Positions 18,951 to 27,323 of a DNA stretch of 64,000 bases are shown piece by piece; the stretch's first letter is position 1, and every line of letters starts with the position of its first letter. The notes under the pieces are model-generated. The model had not been told where the DNA came from. It did no database searches and saw only the letters and a list, made by a program, of their open reading frames with translations. The position numbers and the translations under genes were made by a program. Origin of the DNA: Candidatus Poribacteria bacterium (GTDB lineage Bacteria; Poribacteria; WGA-4E; WGA-3G); contig JAPPIG010000116.1 in the NCBI GenBank assembly GCA_028820635.1, positions 6,041 through 70,040 on the forward strand, read 5' to 3'.

Positions 18951-21536
18951 CTATTTTCGTATGACCATGCGCCGTGTTGCAGTGAAGTTTCCAGCAGAGA
19001 GGGTATAAAAGTAGATACCGCTCGCGACGGGTTCACCAAACTCATTTTTACCGTCCCAATATGCTGCCTTATCTCGATTCTGATAGTTTCCCGCAGGTTG
19101 ATTGCCTAATAGCAATGTCCGTACCAGCTGTCCATCTGTAGCATAGATGCGAAGTGTGACATCTGAAGGCTTTGCCAACTGATACGGTATCCAAGTTTCA
19201 GGATTAAACGGGTTCGGGTAGTTGGATAATAGCATCGTCTTTTTTGGAGTCAATACTGCTAAGAGTCCTTCAAGCATTGCGATGCCTTTCCGGTATTTTA
19301 GTATATTGGTGTTGACTTGCCACGTTTGACTTAACCACTGTTCTACTTCTGTAGCGGAGATCAATTCTATAGATGCCGGTTCTAATGACGGAGCACCATT
19401 CTCATTAGCAAGCGCAGCAGCAACTAATAAGATATCCGCGATGTTGATAACACCATCTCCGTTCACATCGGCGGCACTATCATTTCCTGACTGCCCAAAT
19501 TGTGACGCTACAAAAATTAGATCCCGTAGATCTACACTACCATCACGATTCACATCCTCAGCGAGTTGTTCTGTTTCATTTTCAGTGCCTATAATTGCAG
19601 GGTAATCCCATAAAAGAATCGTTCCGTCCCCACTTCCACTGATAAGTGTTCTGCCATCAGGACTAAAGACAACAATGGGACCACCACGCGTATGTGCTGT
19701 AATGTTAGTTATCAATTCACCCGTAGCAACATCCCATATCTGTATGATTGGATCTTCCCAATTCCCACAACTTAAGAGTGTTTTACCATCATTACTGAAT
19801 GTAAGTTGATGTATCCCGTTGGTGTGTTCAGTATGGATAATCCGCGGATTACCAGTCGTAACATCCCACAGAATAATCGTGTTATCCTCACTTCCACTGG
19901 CAACTATGCTTTCATCCGGTTTAAATGCGACACTATGGACTTTGTCTGTATGTCCGGAGAAAGTTTTTATATTTGATCGGGAAGTAAAATCCCAGAGGCG
20001 CACTGTACCATCATAACTTCCACTGACAAGGGTACGGTTATCACGACTAAAAGCAATTGAAGTTACCTCATCTGTGTGTCCTTTAAGCGCGTCTATATAG
20101 GTGCGTCCCTTATACCACAAATGTACTGTTGAATCCTCATGTGCTGCAGCGAGGAGATTGCCATCTGGACTGAAAGCAATAGACCTATATTTTTGAGATG
20201 CCGTTGTGGTGTTTGCTATCCCATGACCGTACCACTTATAAATAACAGTAATTTGTGCGGTACTGGAAACGTCCCAAAGATGAATTGCCCAAAAAGCTAA
20301 ACTTGCAAGCGTGTTTCCATCCGGACTGAAAACTAAATCCCTATGATATGAAAGTCTTCCTCGTCCATATATAAACTTTTTGTATTCGCCTGTATTAGGA
20401 TCCCATAAATGGATATTGTGCGAATTCGAAGTGGCAAGGAGATTACCATTTGGACTGATTGCCATTCCAGCAACACCGCTTGTATGTCCAGTAATAGACA
20501 ATTTGCGCTCACCACTTTCAACGTCCCACAGATATAGTTCATCGATGCCTCCACTCGCGAGCGTGCTACCATCCGGACTGAACGCTACTGAAAATACCCA
20601 TGAAAAACTTCTACCAAGTTCAGCTATGTGCGTTCCCGTAGCAACATTCCACAGATGCAAGCCTGAATAACCGCCGGTTGCAAGCGTGTTACCATCCGGA
20701 CTTATAGCTATACACCGGAGCGATAGTGCGTCAAATTCAATTATCCTCTTTCCAGTGTTAACATCCCACACCTGTACGTTATAGTTCGTATCTCCACTTA
20801 TGAGCGTGCTCCCATCTGAACTGAAGGCAAGATAACGTATTCCTCGCGTATACTTGGATAAAGTAACTTTGTGTGTAGCAGTCGCAACATCCCATAGTCG
20901 TAGGGTGCGATCCGAACTTACACTTGCAAGTGTCGAACCATCGAGGCTAAAGACAATAGATCCTACCCATTTAGTATGTCCTTCAAGAGTCGCATTCTGT
21001 TCTCCAGTATTAAGATTCCAAAGATGGATATCTTCATTACTGGCACCTGCAAGCACCTGAACATCCGAACTAAAGGCAATACGGTGAATATCCTCCGTAT
21101 CCCCTTTTAGGGTTACCTTAACGCTACCATCTGTTAAGTCCCGCAATTGTATTGTATCGTCTGCTCCCTTACTAACATACATACTGGCATCCGGACTCAC
21201 ACCGAGTACGTTCGAAGGATTCTCAGCAACAAAATCCAATTCCACACCTGTGTGTGTATCATATACCCACATACCTATGGAACTTTCAACGATCAAACGG
21301 TTGCCATCGGGTGAAAACGTGAGATTACCAACACTTCCCTTGCCAAGACGCATCTTAGCCCCGTCAGGTAAATTCCATCGTGTATAGTCCTGGGCAAAGG
21401 TATTCTGTAGAAATAGGGTTGAAATTACAAACAGTAGTAAAATCGGATTCTTAATTAAAAATTGCAAAAAACCCTTGTGCCGTAACTTATTTTTTTCGCT
21501 TTTTGTCTGAATGTTCTGGAATTTAGTAGATGTCAT
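18951..21536 (-). CDS. Secreted WD40 + dockerin-like + FlgD/T9SS-A-like protein, subtype A (A1)
   Basis: LIVESSIG, WYKGRTY, DLRDLIFVASQFGQ; long basic n-region signal peptide; AGGAG RBS upstream. Confidence 0.92.
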   Translation of the reverse strand: MTSTKFQNIQTKSEKNKLRHKGFLQFLIKNPILLLFVISTLFLQNTFAQDYTRWNLPDGAKMRLGKGSVGNLTFSPDGNRLIVESSIGMWVYDTHTGVELDFVAENPSNVLGVSPDASMYVSKGADDTIQLRDLTDGSVKVTLKGDTEDIHRIAFSSDVQVLAGASNEDIHLWNLNTGEQNATLEGHTKWVGSIVFSLDGSTLASVSSDRTLRLWDVATATHKVTLSKYTRGIRYLAFSSDGSTLISGDTNYNVQVWDVNTGKRIIEFDALSLRCIAISPDGNTLATGGYSGLHLWNVATGTHIAELGRSFSWVFSVAFSPDGSTLASGGIDELYLWDVESGERKLSITGHTSGVAGMAISPNGNLLATSNSHNIHLWDPNTGEYKKFIYGRGRLSYHRDLVFSPDGNTLASLAFWAIHLWDVSSTAQITVIYKWYGHGIANTTTASQKYRSIAFSPDGNLLAAAHEDSTVHLWYKGRTYIDALKGHTDEVTSIAFSRDNRTLVSGSYDGTVRLWDFTSRSNIKTFSGHTDKVHSVAFKPDESIVASGSEDNTIILWDVTTGNPRIIHTEHTNGIHQLTFSNDGKTLLSCGNWEDPIIQIWDVATGELITNITAHTRGGPIVVFSPDGRTLISGSGDGTILLWDYPAIIGTENETEQLAEDVNRDGSVDLRDLIFVASQFGQSGNDSAADVNGDGVINIADILLVAAALANENGAPSLEPASIELISATEVEQWLSQTWQVNTNILKYRKGIAMLEGLLAVLTPKKTMLLSNYPNPFNPETWIPYQLAKPSDVTLRIYATDGQLVRTLLLGNQPAGNYQNRDKAAYWDGKNEFGEPVASGIYFYTLSAGNFTATRRMVIRK

Positions 21537-21582
21537 AGGTTTGGACTCCTATCTATTTTGTTTCCTACTACAGAAACATATT

Positions 21583-21598
21583 AGCAAATCTGATGCCA
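21583..21598 (-). promoter_or_regulatory. Sigma-54 (-24/-12) type promoter
   Basis: Minus strand TGGCATCAGATTTGCT = GG-N10-GC, close to consensus TGGCAC-N5-TTGCW, about 47 nt upstream of the A1 start. Confidence 0.7.
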
Positions 21599-21925
21599 AT
21601 TAGTGCGCCTGTTAACAACATAAAAATGTATCGTTTGATAGGAAATTGAACATGGAAATTAGGTTATATTGTCAAAAAGTAACATCATTGTCCATAATTT
21701 GAACACTCACAGCGTTATATTCAAATAGTTCAGGTGTTTAGTGTCAAAAGACAATCTGCACGAAAATGCACAATTGTTTTTCATGTGCACATTTTAGGGC
21801 AGATAAAGGCAGAGGATTTTATACAGTTAATGTGGTATGAGAATTTTGCTATTTGGGAAATGCCAAAAATGTGGGTAAATGCAAAGGGTTTAATGGAATT
21901 TGGGAGGGTATGAGAAAAGGATGAT

Positions 21926-22060
21926 TATAGTAAATTATATAGAAAAGTTTACATATATTCTGTACGAGCGATCTCCGAATCGCGACGAAACCACTAATAG
22001 TCGGGAATCGGAGTTCCCTTCTACAGATCAGATGTAAAGTTAATTGTAGAATTCACTATA
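21926..22060. mobile_element. TA-flanked MITE enclosing a GTAG-type REP doublet (REPIN-like)
   Basis: Imperfect TIR TATAGTAAATT...GTTTACAT / ATGTAAAG...AATTCACTATA; core 21961-22025 is a near reverse complement of the core at 42404-42468. Confidence 0.7.
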
Positions 22061-22082
22061 AAAACCCAAAAACCATGAGGAA

Positions 22083-22136
22083 CGTAGGGCAAGAGGGTTT
22101 TTAGTCCCTTTACGGCGGTATTGTACTTGCCCTACG
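22083..22136. repeat. GTAG-type palindrome downstream of the cohesin-WD40 gene
   Basis: CGTAGGGCAAG...CTTGCCCTACG perfect 11-bp inverted repeat. Confidence 0.7.
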
Positions 22137-22149
22137 ATATGATTATAGA

Positions 22150-25038
22150 TTATTTCAGGATGAGCATTTTCCGTGTGGCTGTAAACTCTGCTGCTTTTAA
22201 GGTATAGAAGTAGATTCCAGTTGCAACCGGTTCACCCATTTCATTTTTCCCGTCCCAGTACGCAGCACTATCTTTGTACTGGTAAAGTCCTGCAGACTGA
22301 TGTCCTAAAACTAATGTTCTAACTAATTTAGCATCTGAAGAATATATATGGATTGACACATCCGCAGCTTTTGCCAACTGATACGGTATCCAAGTTTCAG
22401 GGTTGAATGGATTTGGGTAGTTTGGAAAAAGAGCAGTTTCTTTTGGAGTCAGCGCTGCCAATAGTTGTTCCAAGACCAAGATGCCGCGTTGGAAAGCAGG
22501 ATCGGTAAGTGCAAGTTGTTTAGCATCCAGCAGCCACTGTTGCACCTCCGCTTTTGTCGGAGCATTTTTAAGGTCGTAACTCCAAATTGCAGGCGCTGCA
22601 CTTGAAGAATTTGCCATAGCAGCTGCCACCAACGTTAGGTCTACGATATTGACAATTCCATCACCATTCACATCAGCGAGATTTTCGCCTTCCTGTGTAA
22701 AGTTAGATGCGACTAAAGTCAAATCTTGTATATTTACAACACCATCGCCATTCAAGTCCTCTTGTTGACGTACAGGTTCTGCTACCTCCCCGGCTCTAAC
22801 GCGCGCATAAGAAACGTTACCAGTGCTATCAGTCAATCGCACATTAGACACAGTTAGCGTAGATGCCTTAGGAGCAACAACTTCAAAGGTGATGTTTGCC
22901 AGTGTTCCTGCCCCAAACCCATCTCCAGCAAGAGATGTCGCAGCAAGTGTAACAGTATTTTCCTTAAGAATTGGCTGCACGGAAAATGCTCCCATTGGTA
23001 AAAAATCCGCATTCGTGCTATCAATATAGCGGAGTGCTGAGGTATCATACCGAATAGTTGCTTGATATCCGGCTACGCTACCTGCGTCTGCAATGTCAAG
23101 TGAGAACATAATCTGCCCATCTATAGCAGGAGACTGCTGAGAAGATGGAGAAAGACTCACTGTCGCATAAGTGTTGATTGGAGGCGTAAAATTCCATAGA
23201 AGTGTTGTGCCATCTGAGCTGCTACTGGCAAGCGTACTTGCATCCGGACTGAACGCGATGTCAAGGATGCCGCCTGTATGCCCAGAAAACATTTGTATCT
23301 GCTGACCTGATACCGTATCCCATAAACGGAGAGTACGATCACCACTGGCACTTGCAAGTGTTTCACCATTGTTGCTAAAAGCGACACTCCAGACTAAATC
23401 TGTATGTTCAGTAAAAGTCTGGAGTTCTACGCCAAAGACAGTGTCCCAGATTTTTACAGTACTATCGTCACTACCACTCGCAAGCATATCACCATTTGGA
23501 CTAAACGCAACACTCCTCACAAAATCCGTGTGTCCAATAAGTGTCTGCTTTTGTTTACCTGAATCGGCATCCCATAGTATGATAGTATCATCTGCACTAC
23601 CACTGGCAATCGTGGACCCATCTGAACTGAAAGCAACACCCAGAACAGCGTTTGTGTGTCCATCAAGTGTTCTCAGTTCTGCTGCAAGAGCGGTATCCCA
23701 TAATTTGACAGTGCCGTCTTCACTGCCGCTCACAATCTTGGATCCGTCAGAATTGAATGCAATGCTCCAGACCCAATCCGTATGTCCAATAAGTGTATCA
23801 ACGTGCTCGCCGGTAAATGCATTCCATAATCGGATAGTCCCATCGTCACTACTACTTGCCAGTGTATTTCCATCAGGACTGAAGGCAATACTCCAGATCC
23901 AATCCTCATGCCCGATCAACATCTGTTGGTGTTGCCCTGTAGCAGCATCCCATAGATTAATCGCATTGTCTGCACCACCTGTTGCTACTATGTTTCCATG
24001 AGTGTTGAAGGCAACGCTTAAAATATAATTTGTATATCCAGTCAGGACCTGCCGCTGTCCACCAAAGATAGGATCCCACAATCGGATAGTTCCATCGGCA
24101 CTACCGCTTGCAATCGTGCCTCCACTTGAATTGTACGCTACACTCAAAACAACATTTGTATGCCCAGGAAGTTCCTGCTGAGGCTGTCCAGTAACAGCAT
24201 CCCATAAAAGAATAGTCCCATCCGCACTGCCACTTGCAATCGTATTTCCATTTGGACTAAACGCAACACTATAGACAGGACCCAGATGTCCGGGTAGAGT
24301 CTGCTTAGGTATACCGAAGGCTGTAAACCAAAGCTTAACAGTGCCATCACGGCTGCCACTCGCGAGTGTTCCATCATTTGGACTGAACGCTACACTGTAA
24401 ACAGAATCTTCATGCCCAGTCAGGATGTGTTGTTGTTCACCAGTTGTAACATCCCATAGTTGGACAGATGTATCTAAACTCCCACTCGCCAAAGCTCCTC
24501 CACTTGGACTAAATGCCACGCTCGTAACAGCATCAAAATGCCCAGGAAGTGTTTGTTGGTGTTCACGAGTAATATAATTCCAAAGTTGGACAGTACTGTC
24601 ACTACTTCCACTGGCAAGAGTTTGACCATCCGAACTAAATGCTAAACTCAAGACCACATCTGTGTGTCCTATAAGATCGCCTTGATGTTCGCCAGTTGTT
24701 GCATTCCAGAGTTTAATTGTGCCATCACCATGACCACTGGCAAGAGTTTGACCATCCGAACTAAACGCAGCACTGTAAACAGTTTGTATATCTTCAGTGA
24801 GCAATCTTATTTCTTCATAGGTTTGTGCATTATAGAGCCAAATACCGATGGAACTGACTACTGCAAAATGTGTGCCATCTCGCGAATATGTAAGTTCACT
24901 TATCCTACCTTTACCAAGACGTGCTCTTGCATTTTCGGGTAAATTGAATTGTGAGGCGTTTTGAGCAAAGGTTTGGGTTAGAAAAAGTGACAGAACAAAA
25001 AATTGGATTAAAAAAATGAAAGATAACGTTTTTTTCAT
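22150..25038 (-). CDS. Secreted WD40 + cohesin-like + dockerin-like + FlgD/T9SS-A-like protein
   Basis: Regular WD40 repeats; VAGYQATIRYD...GAGTLANITFEVV...LTVSNVRL cohesin-like domain; DLNGDGVVNIQDL/DVNGDGIVNIVDL; NYPNPFNPETW tail. Confidence 0.9.
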   Translation of the reverse strand: MKKTLSFIFLIQFFVLSLFLTQTFAQNASQFNLPENARARLGKGRISELTYSRDGTHFAVVSSIGIWLYNAQTYEEIRLLTEDIQTVYSAAFSSDGQTLASGHGDGTIKLWNATTGEHQGDLIGHTDVVLSLAFSSDGQTLASGSSDSTVQLWNYITREHQQTLPGHFDAVTSVAFSPSGGALASGSLDTSVQLWDVTTGEQQHILTGHEDSVYSVAFSPNDGTLASGSRDGTVKLWFTAFGIPKQTLPGHLGPVYSVAFSPNGNTIASGSADGTILLWDAVTGQPQQELPGHTNVVLSVAYNSSGGTIASGSADGTIRLWDPIFGGQRQVLTGYTNYILSVAFNTHGNIVATGGADNAINLWDAATGQHQQMLIGHEDWIWSIAFSPDGNTLASSSDDGTIRLWNAFTGEHVDTLIGHTDWVWSIAFNSDGSKIVSGSEDGTVKLWDTALAAELRTLDGHTNAVLGVAFSSDGSTIASGSADDTIILWDADSGKQKQTLIGHTDFVRSVAFSPNGDMLASGSDDSTVKIWDTVFGVELQTFTEHTDLVWSVAFSNNGETLASASGDRTLRLWDTVSGQQIQMFSGHTGGILDIAFSPDASTLASSSSDGTTLLWNFTPPINTYATVSLSPSSQQSPAIDGQIMFSLDIADAGSVAGYQATIRYDTSALRYIDSTNADFLPMGAFSVQPILKENTVTLAATSLAGDGFGAGTLANITFEVVAPKASTLTVSNVRLTDSTGNVSYARVRAGEVAEPVRQQEDLNGDGVVNIQDLTLVASNFTQEGENLADVNGDGIVNIVDLTLVAAAMANSSSAAPAIWSYDLKNAPTKAEVQQWLLDAKQLALTDPAFQRGILVLEQLLAALTPKETALFPNYPNPFNPETWIPYQLAKAADVSIHIYSSDAKLVRTLVLGHQSAGLYQYKDSAAYWDGKNEMGEPVATGIYFYTLKAAEFTATRKMLILK

Positions 25039-25114
25039 TGGAAGATACTCCTTATTTAAAAGGTAATTGGCTGCTATATGTTACATGCAAACAATTTGAT
25101 TAATGTCTTTTCAA

Positions 25115-25144
25115 AGTATACCACAAAGAAGGTGAAAATGCCAA
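25115..25144 (-). promoter_or_regulatory. Putative sigma-70 promoter of the cohesin-WD40 gene
   Basis: Minus strand TTGGCA-N18-TATACT with extended -10 TG. Confidence 0.5.
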
Positions 25145-25166
25145 TTTTACGTGGGAGTGTAGTGTA

Positions 25167-25314
25167 ACGTGAGTTTGATAATAAGATGTGAGTTTGTTCT
25201 AAACACTTTTCAAGCCTAAAAAAGCACTGTTTTTGTAGCATAACCTGTTAGGTTGTGCCGTTTTTGCCAAAGATAACAGAGAATGCTGCGAGTGAAACTT
25301 TTTCAAACTCACGT
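25167..25314. mobile_element. MITE with 7-bp TSD carrying a GTAG-REP
   Basis: Perfect TIR ACGTGAGTTTGA; direct repeat TAGTGTA at 25160-25166 and 25315-25321; internal GTAGCATAACCTGTTAGGTTGTGC. Confidence 0.85.
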
Positions 25315-25377
25315 TAGTGTAGGTTAGGATATTGGTAGGCATCAAATTCCAAATGCTTTGGTTGTTTGATGTAGTAA

Positions 25378-25593
25378 TACTATTTCTAAATGATAATGTA
25401 GTATTCTTTCGTAGGTCGGGTAGAAGCGGTAGCGAAACCCGACAAATCATGGCGAATACCACACGCGTATTCGCCCAAGCGCATTTGGCGTTGATTTGGA
25501 CACGCATGATTTTAGATAAGGTTTTCATGTCGGGTTTCGCAAGCTCTACCAGACCTACAGTTAATTATGACAATTTGTCAATTAGAAATGGTA
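25378..25593. mobile_element. MITE with TAA duplication enclosing a GTAGGTCGGGTAG REP doublet
   Basis: TIR TACTATTTCTAAATGA / TCAATTAGAAATGGTA; TAA on both sides; GTAGGTCGGGTAG...ACCCGACA and TGTCGGGT...GACCTAC. Confidence 0.75.
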
Positions 25594-25599
25594 TAAAAA

Positions 25600-26436
25600 C
25601 TATGACCAGACAAACACTTCATCGTCGTCTGGGGAATATCCGATGAATACTGCTAAAACTATTCTGGCACGCGTGCCTTGAACAGGTGGGACTTCGTGGA
25701 TACAACGCGTATTAAAAAAGTAAAGGTCTCCTTGTTCCAAATTGACCTGACAGTTCTCTATTCCGTTCTCAGCTGCGTAGCTATCAAACGTTTCTGCTGC
25801 AATATGTGGTTGAACGTCTTCAGACCAAAGACATCGGTGTAGGATAGCTTGTGTTCCTTTTCCGGTTTCGTCCGCATTTTGCACACACAACACACCTGCA
25901 AACTGATGTTCAAAGCGGTAAACAGCGTAATCGGTACGTTGTTCACGGTATTTGACACTATCAATGTGCGGCTTGTAACTATGTGTTTCGTAGTGAACAC
26001 GGAAGATAGCTGGACCATAAAGTGCACCGTCAGGTTCTCGTGCAACTTTAACCTCTTTTCCGGGAGAAAGCGCAGCAAGGGATTCATAAATCAAGTCAAC
26101 AGGATTACCATATCCATCAAATAGAAATTGAAATAGATGATGTGTTGCTTCAGCATGCGCTAAAAAACGGGTTTTTTCGCTACCACGATTTCCGAGACTT
26201 GTGCCGATGTCAATACGAGTACGCTTATCAGCAGAGTTGGTATCCGCTTCGTCGCGCATCAATCCCATATTGGTGAATCTATTGATGAGTCCCTGACATT
26301 GTGCGGGGGAATAGGCATTCCGTAAAATAATGGCGGGAATTTCCGCTTGTGAGAGCGAATAGATAGGGTCCCTATATTTTTCGCAAATCGCATTTAGATC
26401 AGGTTCTGCTGGAAGCCAATTTGTGTTATTTTGCAT
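25600..26436 (-). CDS. Putative Fe(II)/2-oxoglutarate-dependent oxygenase
   Basis: HID...GDLYFF..CIHEV...R facial-triad pattern of the DSBH fold. Confidence 0.7.
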   Translation of the reverse strand: MQNNTNWLPAEPDLNAICEKYRDPIYSLSQAEIPAIILRNAYSPAQCQGLINRFTNMGLMRDEADTNSADKRTRIDIGTSLGNRGSEKTRFLAHAEATHHLFQFLFDGYGNPVDLIYESLAALSPGKEVKVAREPDGALYGPAIFRVHYETHSYKPHIDSVKYREQRTDYAVYRFEHQFAGVLCVQNADETGKGTQAILHRCLWSEDVQPHIAAETFDSYAAENGIENCQVNLEQGDLYFFNTRCIHEVPPVQGTRARIVLAVFIGYSPDDDEVFVWS

Positions 26437-26495
26437 GAGATACTCACTTTTGTAAATTCGCGTGATTCATTTATGAACAATTTTTACGCAGCGAT

Positions 26496-27323
26496 TTAGA
26501 ATTTTGGATTAAAGAGATAGTCATCCATTTTTTCGTCTATAAATTCTGCATTGTGGTCAAGTTCACTGTTTTCAAAAGCGGCTTCACATCCGGTTTGATA
26601 CTTCAGTCGCCTGCCAGAACGGAGCCAACGGATGCGATGGATCATCGCTATCATGTGACGTGGTTCGTCGGACAAGTTCGGCACACCACGATGCCAGAGC
26701 CGCATATCTCGGATCAAAACACTCCCTTTTTTCGCGTTCCCCCGAATAGGTGGTGCTATTTCGCGACGCTCCGCTTCATGTTCTTCGTCTATATGTCGAT
26801 CGCTAACGTCCAAATGGGAACCGGGCCAGAGTTCTACGCTACCGTTCTCTTCTGTTGTGTCCTCCGGTGAGATATTGACAACCACTTCAGCGGCTGGGTG
26901 AGCAACTTCCTGATTTAACCACAGATGGTCGCCGTCTCTGTGGAGCGGTTGTGTGCCACTGCCAGGGCAGTTGGTGTTGCCATTATAGAAATTATTGTAG
27001 ACTCCAGCACCGAGCAGTCCCTTTGTTACCTGCACGACGTAAGGGTTCGCAACGATGTCGCTGAAGATATAAGGTGCAAACGGTGGTGGTCCCTGCTGAA
27101 GATGTCCTTTGAGCATTCCTGCACCACCCCATTTTTCCGCTTTAATCAACTTTCGCGAATCAGCATCCATCCGTTCACGTAATATATCCAAATGTTCATG
27201 CTTGATAATGTTTTCTATGACGACACATCCATCAACACGGATCGCTTCAATTGCTTTTTTGAGATGCGTTTCTGTGAGTTTACCAGCGGCTAATTCTTTA
27301 GCTTGAGCTACTACGACTACCAT
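26496..27323 (-). CDS. Phytanoyl-CoA dioxygenase (PhyH) family protein
   Basis: DGCVVIEN, QPLHRD, ENGSVELWPGSH, GSVLIRDMRLWHRG. Confidence 0.9.
   Translation of the reverse strand: MVVVVAQAKELAAGKLTETHLKKAIEAIRVDGCVVIENIIKHEHLDILRERMDADSRKLIKAEKWGGAGMLKGHLQQGPPPFAPYIFSDIVANPYVVQVTKGLLGAGVYNNFYNGNTNCPGSGTQPLHRDGDHLWLNQEVAHPAAEVVVNISPEDTTEENGSVELWPGSHLDVSDRHIDEEHEAERREIAPPIRGNAKKGSVLIRDMRLWHRGVPNLSDEPRHMIAMIHRIRWLRSGRRLKYQTGCEAAFENSELDHNAEFIDEKMDDYLFNPKF

Noticed and set aside
4163-24942. Many antisense ORFs of 60-210 aa over the WD40 genes
   Set aside because: Shadow frames of repetitive codon usage (PSGLNA/LPLA patterns) with no independent coding signal
4156-25038. Diversity-generating retroelement acting on the WD40 genes
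   Set aside because: No reverse transcriptase in the window; mismatches in the repeat pairs examined are not adenine-specific; all repeat copies lie inside coding sequence
25199-25646. ORFs 25199..25528 and 25332..25646 (also 47665..47937 and 47708..48013)
   Set aside because: They run across MITE/REP sequence and show no protein-like features
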